The position numbers and the translations under genes were made by a program. This document shows, piece by piece, positions 11,391 to 22,018 of a DNA stretch of 64,000 nt; position 1 is the first letter of the stretch; every line of letters starts with the position of its first letter. This DNA comes from Amphiscolops sp. MND2022 (Eukaryota). The notes beneath the pieces were generated by a model, which made no database searches, was not told the DNA's origin, and saw only the letters and a list, made by a program, of their open reading frames with translations. The stretch covers positions 3,474,001-3,538,000 of the forward strand of contig OZ076409.1 in assembly GCA_964187785.1 (NCBI GenBank). Direction: 5' to 3'.

Positions 11391-12778
11391 CTAGCTGAGG
11401 ACTGCGGGTGTCGTTGGAATGGATTCGTCATACGTCGTCGAAGGGCATGCCTCGGCATGCCCACAGACGGTGGGCGTTGGTATGAATGTGTGGAGTTGAC
11501 TAAGACGGTCAGTTGTTAATTTAAAAAGTGTGATTTCAGAACCACACTAGTCTGTGTAACGCTTCGCTGCTCCAGCTATAACATGGGCTTAATATTGATT
11601 TCAACTAACGGCCATGTATATGTCACAAGAAAGTTTGAGGAAAAACAACGGGAAAAAAACGAGAGAAACAATGTACTTTGTTGTTCATTTTTCTTTATCG
11701 ATAGCCTCCAAAGTTGACGCAAGGTCAACTTCGAAGGCTATCGGGGGCGATAGAGCTCATCAATTTCCATAAATTCAGCAAAACAAGCCAGTACGCTAGT
11801 TTTGAGATTGAAAAGTTTCAATTAAGTGGTCTTGAAATAGTGAAAAAGTCATTTTTACATTAATTTTTGGACCATTTCCGGTCACATTGGGTAACTTCCG
11901 GTCATGGGGGTAACTTCCGGGATATGCTAAAGATCTTCCGGGACTTCGGTTGTCTAACATTTTATCTTTGTACAGATTTGAATGCCTCATTAGGCCTCAA
12001 GATGTTGGCATTTTGGTGCACAAGGTCAAAAAGCGGTCACAAAAAGGGGGGTTGACCCCACTTCCGGTCATGATGATACCTCCAAGTGGCCAACATATTG
12101 TCACTGGGTTGTGATCAGGTTGTATTTCAATTTCGATATCCTGCTAGGAGTCCCTAAAACGACTGCCTAATAATGAAAAAGGCTAAATTCTGCCAAAAAA
12201 CACAAAAAAGTGTCATTTCCGGTCCAAGGGGGGGTTGGGGGTGAAAACCACACATGTCGTCAGATTGACCCCAATACGTACAACAAAACATCAGGAGGGT
12301 GCGGGTACGCTAAATCCTCGGCTTCATGCTCAAAATTGGCTATTTTGCAAATTTGGGGGGTAAAACTGGAGGGGGGAACCCTTCTATCTCGGTGGGGGGT
12401 GATCCGAATGCAACCAAAATTTTCCACCAATTGTATTTTGAGATGCTGCAACTAAGTGTAAAAGTGAACGAGAACGCTAGCATGCCCTGGAAAAAAGTTA
12501 TGACGACACTTCGGATATAACGTCTAAAAAGGACGTTATTTCCGGTTTTTCGGCCATAAGTCAACAAAAAACAATTTGCGGGGAAAATGACAGTAAGAAA
12601 AAGTTCTTAGAATTTCGAGTTATGGCCGCATGCAAAAAATTATCCAAATCCTACGGTTAGATTCCAAAATCGCCTCTAAAACACCCATGTAGGATACTAG
12701 TATTATATGAAATTATTCTACGTCGGCGCAGGACCCTCCCCGCGCCTCCTTGTGCGTTCTGGGGACCGCCCCAACCAC
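11391..12778 (-). mobile_element. Array unit Z (1388 bp), unique body with repeated (AC/AT)TTCCGG motifs
   Basis: Bounded by junction cores. Has the conserved head core, the GATAGCC hairpin (11699-11743) and a tail stem-loop. Confidence 0.8.
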
Positions 12779-14771
12779 CTAGCAGCTACCGCACAAGTGC
12801 GGGCGCGCATAGATTTGGCGCGCGTCGTCGAAAGGCATGCCTCGGCATGCCTACGGACTATGGGCGTTGTTTCCCTATGTGGCGTTGTAGTGACAAGACG
12901 CCGTAGGTATGTAGGCGCGCGGATTGTACCATCACCGCGAATAACTATGGAAACAGTTGTTTAAGTATTTCAACCAACCAAGTACTAGTATGAATTTTGC
13001 GCTAATGGCAGTACATTGTGATAGTTATCGAAAACAAACGACTGAAAATGTAAAGTCGTGTGAACCGAATACACGGACGGTGGTCGAAAATTGTGGAAGT
13101 ATAAGCGACCTGGTTTAACCAACTAACCGTAAGACGATCGTACCAAAAGACGTTAGGAACAAACAAACAAATCAGAATTTAGTTTATTTTAGTGATAGCC
13201 TTCTCAAGTTGACGCAGAAGGTCAACTTAGAAGGCTATCACGAGATTCAGTTAACAGGTACTTGAAAAATAATCAAAATCTGTCCAGCCAGGATCGTAGA
13301 AAGACTACATGTCAGCATTGTGATTGACATTTTCAATCATCTTGAGTCCTTAAGGTGGCGTTAGAAGTATTAAAAGAGTTTTAAAGCTAAACAATTGCAA
13401 TTCAATCTTAGCAAAATAGCGTATTTTTTAGCGTCTACTTTTTTTACTGCTACAGATATAAAACATGGGAAGGGATTTTTTTCTTGAAACATTAAAGTAG
13501 AGAGTTTCTGATCAACCACATGATTCATTTGTATTCTAGGAATTAAATTAGATATCAGAAAGTATTTTTTAATGTTTGCTTTTCGAGATATTTAACGAAA
13601 AGTTTTTGAAAAACACTAGTATATGAGAAAAAAGTGTCTCATACCACGCCTTGAGCAACCCGATTCCTTCAAAATCTTCATATTAGTGCTGAAACTTACC
13701 CTACGCATTCTGTCTACATAGTGATTGACAAAAAAGAGTAAATATTTGTTCAAATCAACTTTCACTGTAATCCAAGGCTTCCGCGATGTTTACATCAATT
13801 GAACAGTATTGTTGAAAAAACGTCTTATCACGGCTCATATGTTTTTGGAGCGACTGATACCAGTCTCAATGGTGTTGTTGAGTATCATTGGCCCTACTGG
13901 TTACGTCAGAGTGCATATTTGTGCTTCAAAAGCTGAATTTCAAATTTCGACCTGACGAAAAATGGGTTTTTGAGACGAAATTTTTCTAAGTTAAGTTCCG
14001 AATGTCTGAAAAATGTCTGAAGAACGGGTGAAAAGATTTTTTTAAAACTTTATATTTCTATAAATGGTTATTACGTTGCCAGTAGGACCGTTCGTGAGCA
14101 ATAAGACTATATCCGACATGCCTCGATGAAAATATGATGTTGTAAATGACCGATTTGTAAAACAAGACTATGTTGTGAAATCCTTGTGAAACACCTATGA
14201 CCTCGAAAAAATTTTTAATTTCAGATTCGATGCTAACTGTTGAGTCTCTGGCAGCGAGTAGATACTAACAGAAACCATGGATAGCAAGGATTCTAAATTA
14301 AATAAAATAAAAAAATTTTTCTGAGGTTATTTTGACATATATGGTACTGATAGTAGTGAAAAAAATTTAAAAATGTCAAATTTTCAAAAAATTTAAAAAC
14401 TCTGCATCTTTTGTGTTTAGTGCATTGCCATGGTCACGAAATGATGGTTCCGACCTTGTTTCACAGTCAACGTCCAAAAATTAATGCAATCAGAGATATT
14501 TCACAAAAATTGCCAAAATCACTATTTTTGATGAAAAACCAAAGATAAATTTTTCAAAAAGTCATATTAGTAACATTTGGAGAGCAAAACGTCAGCAGGA
14601 AAAAGTTCTTAGATTGGGCGATAGGGTACACACAGCAATTTTCAGAGAATTTGTATGGCTCAATTTTCTAAACTCACATAATTTGGTACCTTTTCTATGG
14701 TATTTTGCCTCGGCCAGGGCCCCTACCCCGGCCTGCAATTTTTTTTTGACTACGGGAAACCTACCGCCCAC
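12779..14771 (-). mobile_element. Array unit A, copy 1 (1993 bp)
   Basis: Head CTAGCAGCTACCGCACAAGTGCGG; tail GGGAAACCTACCGCCCAC. Confidence 0.85.
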
Positions 14772-16757
14772 CTAGCCGGGGAGCGCGGGCGTAGGCCCGC
14801 GGTATTCGGCATACGTCGTCGAAGGGCATGCCTCGGCATGCCCACAGACTGTGCACGTCGCAACACTATGTGGCGTTGTACAGTATGACAGAGAGCGTGG
14901 CTGTAGGAAGTTGATGGGCCTAATAACAGTAGAAAAAGAAAAACAAAAACGGTAAAGACTCAATTTTGAATAATTTGGATAAGTTTGATGTTTATTTTTA
15001 GCACAAAATTAATAAATATGACTTCGAGTTCATAGGTATTTATCAAAGACTGAATGCAATCGACAGGTGACTTAATGGAAGGTACTAACGGTAGTATAGA
15101 ATCACGAAATTATATATAGACTGTCATTTCCAATGAACAAAAAAAAATTTTTGTTGAAAATTTTTTGATGTGATAGCCTTCCCAAGTTGACACAAGGCCA
15201 ACTTAAAAGGCTATCACGAGATTCAGTTAACAGGTACTTGAATAATTTGCGAAAATTGTTCAGTCAGGATCGTTGAAAGACCATATGTCACCATTGTGAA
15301 TAGCAGTTTTGATCATTTTGGGTGCGTAAGGTTGCGTTAGAAGTGTTTAAAGAGTTTTTAGACACAATCATTGCGATTCTATATTAGCAAAAAAGCTTAT
15401 TTTTCAGTTTCGATTTTTATTCCTGCTACAAATGTAACACATGCGAAGGGAAATATTTCGGAAAACGAAAGAGATGAAAGTTTCTGATCAACCACAGTGT
15501 TCATCTATAATGTAACCTTTGAATAAAGTAGTTGAAAGTATTTTGTCAAGTTTGTATTTCCAGATATTGGGCTAAAAATTTTGGAAAATACAGTAGTATA
15601 TGGGACAAAATTGTCTCATACCACCCCTTGAGCAACTCGATACCTTCAAAAACCTCATTATAGTGCTGAAACGCACCCTACGCATTCTGTGCACATAGTG
15701 ATTGACAAAACTGAGTAAAATTTTGATGAAATCACATTTCACAGTGATCGCTGGCTTGCGAGATCTTTACCTCAATTGAGACGTATTGCTCAAAGTAACG
15801 TCTTATCGCGACTCATATGTTATTGGAGCCACTGATACCAGTGTCAATCGTTGTTTTGAGTATCATGGGCCCCATGGGTTACGTCAGAGTTAATAATTTT
15901 GCTTAAAAAGTTGAATTTGATTATTCGACCTGACAAAAAATGGGTATTTTGGTCGAAATTTTTCTAAGTTAAGTTCCGAATGACTGAAAAATGACTGAAG
16001 ACCGGGTGAAAATATATTTTTTAAAACTTTCTAATACTATAAATGGTTCCTACATTGCCAGTGAGACCGTTCTAGAACATTAAGGCTATAGCCGACAAGC
16101 TTCGATGGAAATAATGTGTTCAAAATGACCAATTTGTAAATTGATACTAAGTTGAGAAATCCTTGTGAAACACCTAAGACCTCCAAAAAAATTTTATTTT
16201 CACATTGGATGCAAACTGTTGAGCGTTTTGCAGCGAGTAGGTACTGACGGAAACCATGGATACCGAGGTTTCTAAATTTGAGCAAATAAAAAATTTTTTC
16301 AGAGGTGTTTTTGACATATAGTGTACTGATACTAGTGAAAAAAAATCAAAAACGTCGAATTTTCAAAAAATGTAAAAACTTTACATCTTTTGTGTTCAGT
16401 GCAATGCCACAGCCACGAAATGAAGGTTCCAAGCTTGTTTCACAGTCAATGTCCAAAAATTAACACCTTTTGAGTTATCAGCGACTTTGTTAAAAATTTC
16501 CTCATTTTACCCTTCTATGTGAGTGGAAATTGGGCCATAACTTTTTATATATTATTTCAATCGCTTAACGTCAGCAGGAACTTCGATTCGTATGGGCATT
16601 TCAGGGCCGCATGCACTCCAAGTCCAAAAAATTGTGGTTAGATTTAAAAATCGCGATTCTGTGTCGCCGTTTCCTACTAGATATTCTTTGCTATTTGACG
16701 TCCGGCAGGACCCAACCCGCCGGCCGTAATTTTTGTTGGGGAATTACCCCCGCCCAC
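14772..16757 (-). mobile_element. Array unit B, copy 1 (1986 bp)
   Basis: Head CTAGCCGGGGAGCGCGGGCGTAGGCCCGCG; tail GGGGAATTACCCCCGCCCAC. Confidence 0.85.
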
Positions 16758-18765
16758 CTAGCTGCTACCGCACTCCAGAGTGCGGGTAAGGCTTATTTGG
16801 CATACGTCTTCGAAGGGCATGCCTCGGCATGCCCACAGACGGTGGGCGTTGATGTTGGTATGTGGCGTTGTTATACAAATCACAGGGTCATGACATAGGC
16901 TCAGATCATGGGTGACGGAAGACTGATAGCGGAAGAGAAAACAAATGTGATAGTATTCAAAGGTCAGAAGTTGTTATTTATTATTTAGACATAAAATTAT
17001 TTACCAAATAATAAACAAAAATGTCTTCGAGTTCATAGGTATTTTTTCAAACTCTGCATGCTATCGTCAGCTGACATGATGGAAGATACTAACGGTAGTA
17101 TACAATCACGAAAATAGGCATCGACAGCAAAATCCGATTAACAAATGGTAGTTTTGTTTATAGTTTTTGGTGGTGATAGCCTTCCCAAGTTGACACAAGG
17201 TCAACTTAAAAGGCTATCACAAGATTCAGTTTAAAGCTACATGTAAAATTTTCAAAAAATGTGCAGTCTGGATTGTAGAAAGAGTACATGTGAGGACTGT
17301 GAACGGTATTTCTAATAATATTGGGTCCATAAGGTTGCGTTAGAAGTATTTAAAGGGTATTTAGGCTCAATCATCGCGTTTCTATCTTAGCAAAATAGCG
17401 TATTTTTTATCTTCTGCTTTCTCTTCTGCCATAAATGTAACCCATGCGAAGGTATTTTTTCGGAAAACAAAAAAAATTGAGAGGTTCTGATCAACCACAG
17501 TGTTCATTCATATTCTAACCTTAGAATAAAGTATTTGAAAGCATTTTGCGAAGTTAGGTTTTTGAGATAATGGGCTAAAAATTTTGGAAAATATAGTACT
17601 ATATGGGAAAAAAATGTCTCATACACACCCTTGAGCAGGCCGAGTACATCAAAAACCTCATTATAGTGCTGAAACTCATCCTACGCACTCTGTGCACATA
17701 GTGATTGACAAAAATGAGTAAATTTTTGATGAAATCACATTTCACAGTGATCGCTGGCTTGCGAGATCTTTACCTCAATTGAGACGTATTGCTCAAAATA
17801 ACGTCTTATCGCGACTCATATGTTATTGGAGCCATTGATACCAGTGTCAATCGTTGTTTTGAGTATCATAGGCCCCATGGGTTACGTCAGAGTTAATAAT
17901 TTTGCTTGAAAATCTTAATTTCATTTTTCGACCTGACAAAAAATGGGTATTTTGGTCGAAATTTTTCTAAGTTAAGTTCCGAATGACTGAAAAATGACTG
18001 AAGACTAGGTGAAAATATTTTTTTAAAACTTTCTATTGCTATAAATGGTTCCTACGTTGCCAGTAGGACCGTTCTAGAACATTAAGGCTATAGCCGACAA
18101 GCCTCGATGAAAATATTGTGTTCAAAATGACCAACTTGTAAATTAAAACTAAGTTGTAAAATCCATGTGAAACGCTTATGACCCAAAAAAAATTTTTTAT
18201 TTTCACATTGGATGCAAACTGTTGGGTGTTTGGCTGCGAGTAGGTTCCGACAGTAACCATGGATACCAAGGTTTCCAATTTAAAGCAAATAAAAATTTTT
18301 TTATGATGTGTTTTTGACATATGGGGTACTGATAGTAGTGAAAAAAATTTCAAAAATCTCGAATTTTCGAAAAATGTAAAAACTTTACATCTTTTGTGTT
18401 CAGTGCAATGCCACAGCCACGAAATGAAGGTTCCAAGCTTGTTTCACAGTCAAAGTCCAAAAATTAACACATTTTGAGATATTAAGTGAAAAATTAGAAA
18501 TTTCCCAAAAATGTTGAAATTTTGAACAAAAAATTGGCCATAACTTTTTATAAAGTTTATAGAACGCTTAGCGTCAGCAGGAACTTCGTCTTGCAATAGG
18601 ATTTGAGGGCCGCATGCAAAAAATGAGCAAATTCTAATGGTTAGATTAAATTTTAGGTCTTTTTTTTGCAATTTCTGCTACATACCGCTAGCTTAAGGCG
18701 GATCGTCGGCCGCCAGGACCCTACCCGTCGGCCGAATACAAACGGGGTGAAATTTCCCCGCCCAC
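16758..18765 (-). mobile_element. Array unit C, copy 1 (2008 bp)
   Basis: Head CTAGCTGCTACCGCACTCCAGAGTGCGGGTAAG; tail CGGGGTGAAATTTCCCCGCCCAC. Confidence 0.85.
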
Positions 18766-20741
18766 CTAGCTGCTACCGCGGTAGTGACCTCGCAGGGGCG
18801 AATTTGCCATACGTCGTCGAAGGGCATGCCTCGGCATGCCCACAGACGGTGGGCGTCGGAACGCTATGTGGCGTTGTACTACTAACACTGCGAGGCCGCA
18901 CGCGATTGGTGTGGCTGATAACGGTAACGAATGTGAAAGTTAGAGTTTTTTAAGTTGGTAATAAAATAAAATTCTACTTTTGGAAAAAAAAACGATAAAA
19001 AATGTTTTTGATTTCATAGGTTTTTATCGAAAACTGAATGCAATTGTTATCTGACCTGCTGGATGGTACTAACGGTGGGATATAATCACGAAGTTAATCA
19101 TCAACAGCATTGTCTTATAAACGAGAAGTATTTTTGTTCATAGTTTTTTGTGGTGATAGCCTTGCCAAGTTGACACAAGGCCAACTTGAAAGTCTATCAC
19201 AAGAATCAGTTGACAGCTACATGTAAAATGTGCTAAAGTTGTGCATCCTGGAACGTAGAAAAAGCTAATGTGCGCATTGTAAACGGTTTTTTCAATCATT
19301 TTGAGTACGTAAGAGGGCGTTAGAAGTATTTAAAGATATATTGGTTACAATACTTGTAATTCTATCTTAGCAAAATAGCGTATTTTTTAGCTTCAGCTTT
19401 TTTTAATGCTACAAATGGGACACATGCGAAGGAATATTTATTGAAAAACATAAGAGTTGAGAGTTTCTGATCAACCACAATGTTCAATTATATTCTAAGA
19501 AGTGAATTAAGTATCGGAAAGTATTTTTTAGGTTTGCTTTGTGAGATATTGGGCGAAAAGTTATTCAAAAAAGCAGTAGTATATGAGACAAAAGTGTCTC
19601 ATACCACGCCTTGAGCAACCCGATTCCTTCAAAATCCTCATAGTAGTGCTGAAACTCACCGTACGCATTCTGTGTACATAGTGATTGACAAAAAAGAATA
19701 AATTTTTGTTCAAATCAACATTCACTGTGATTCAAGGGTTCCGAGATGTTTACTTCATATGAACAGTTTTGTTAAAAATAACGTCTTATCGCGGCTCATA
19801 TGTTATTGGAGCCACTGATACCAGTCTCAATGGTGTTGTTGAGTATCATTGGCCCCACTGGTTACGTCAGAGTGCATATTTGTGCTTCAAAAGCTGAATT
19901 TCAAATTTCGACCTGACGAAAAATGGGTTTTTGAGACGAAATTTTTCTAAGTTAAGTTCCGAATGACTGAAAAATGACTGAAGACCGGGTGAAAATATTT
20001 TTTTTAAACTTTCTATTACTATAAATGGTTCCTACGTTGCCAGTGGGACCGTTCTAGAACATTAAGGCTATAGCCGACAAGCCTCGATGAAAATCTTGTG
20101 TTCAAAATGACCTTTTTGTAAATTATTACTAAGTTGAGAAATCCTTGTGAAACGCTTATGACTCAGAAAAAATTTTTATTTTAACATTGGATGCAAACTG
20201 TTGGGTGTTTGGCTGCGAGTAGGTTCCGACAGAAACCATGGATACCAAGGTTTCCAAGTTAAAGCAAATAAAAATTTTTTTCTGAGGTGTTTTTGACATA
20301 TATGGTACTGATAGTAGTGAAAAAAATTTCAAAAATGTCAAATTTTCAAAAAATGTAAAAACTTTACATCTTTTGTGTTCAGTGCAATGTCACAGCCACG
20401 AAATGAAGGTTCCAAGCTTGTTTCACAGTCAATGTCCAAAAATTATTGCATTTTGAGATATTTGCCCTTTTATGAAAAATTTCATCATTTTTACATCTAA
20501 TGGGGACCAAAAATTGGCCATAACTTTTTTTATAATGTTTTTTGGGCTTAACGTCAGCAGGAACTTCGTCTCGTATGGGCAAATTAGGGCCGCATGCAAA
20601 AAATGAGAAGAATCGTACGGTTAGATTTTAAAATCGGCTGTTGAGGGTGTGCTTTTTCTTATAAGCGTTAGCTGTTTTGGGAGTTCGCGGCAGGACCCTA
20701 CCCGCCGCTCTAGTTTTTTTTGGGGTGAAATCCCCGCCCAC
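18766..20741 (-). mobile_element. Array unit D (1976 bp)
   Basis: Head CTAGCTGCTACCGCGGTAGTGACC; tail GCGGCAGGACCCTACCCGCCGCTCTAG...CCCCGCCCAC. Confidence 0.85.
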
Positions 20742-22018
20742 CTAGCCGCTACCGCAAAAGTGCGGGCGCGCTTGTGTTTGGCGCGCGTCGTCGAAAGGCA
20801 TGCCTCGGCATGCCTACGGACTATGGGCGTTGGTAAGGGTATGTGGCGTTGACGTTTGTTATGTAAATGATGGGTATTGTCAGTACCAAACGTACAGTAT
20901 ACGTCAAGTCAGAAGCAAAATCCAGCCAAACAACTTGTATTTATATGCACTAGCATAGAGGGCGTCGCATAAAACCAAATATGATCTGTAGTACCTGGAC
21001 TTTAGGAAGTACATTCTCATCTCCCCCAAGAGGGAGATGGAATGTACACAACTGTTTCGTTCTCTCAGATTGATTATGCAGCATCAAAAATTTTCAAATA
21101 GGGTCAAAAGAACTTGAAAGGCTTTGGAGCATTACACAGCTACTAATGACTAACGGAAATGACCAACAAAGCAAGTTTTTAATTTAAAAAATGATAAATT
21201 TTTTCCACTGACAAAATTCATGAAAAGTGTCGAAATTTGATTTAAAGAAAGTAAAAAGAATTTTAAAGGCTTTCTTTAGCTAATACAAGAAATCAGTTTG
21301 TTTCTGAGCATTTGTTTCTACCTGTAAGTCGCCTTAAACTCAACTTTAGGTTTTTAAATTCTGATATTTTCACTCGTTAGATTGAAAATGAGTGATTTTT
21401 CACTATTAAAAATGGCGTAAGTTGAACTGCGGAATAAAATTATTTCGTTGTCAGATTCAGGTTCCCCGTATGCGAAAACCTATATGGGAGAGCAAAAAAC
21501 ATCAAAAACGTGCAAAAAAAGGTTTTTTAAAAACATTTTAAAAATATTTAGTGGAACTTAGTAAAAATTCAATAAATTGTATCAAAAAACACTGAAATGA
21601 AAAAAAGTGTGAAATTTTGAAAAAACTAAACACTTTTGACAAAATCTGATTATGCAAGCCAATTGATGGCTTTTTGCAGACCTTATAACCTCTTATGACT
21701 TACTTCACCAAAATCAACCAGTTCTGAGGAAATTGACCAAAAAAAGCGAAAAAGTCAAATTTTAGCCTTAGACGGTCAAAAATTTTTCAATTTGACCAAC
21801 TTTTTGAATTTTCTGGGCAAAATGTCACTAGGACAAAGTCATTTGTTTACCAAGACGATGCTGTATGCCAATTTTCAGCCAAATCGTACGGGCCAATTTT
21901 TTAAACTCGCAGATTTTCACATTTTTCCTCCGTAAGAAATTGGTAACGGCCCGGGACCCTACCCCGGCCTAAAAAAAGTGGACTACGCTCATAAAGAAAA
22001 TCCCATGCTAACGACCAC
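20742..22018 (-). mobile_element. Array unit E, copy 1 (1277 bp); body unrelated to the 2-kb class
   Basis: Head CTAGCCGCTACCGCAAAAGTGCGG; tail CCCATGCTAACGACCAC. Confidence 0.85.

Noticed and set aside
11430..11480. Hammerhead or HDV-like ribozyme in the conserved core
   Set aside because: There is no CUGANGA core opposite GAAA on either strand, and I could not build the HDV nested double pseudoknot.
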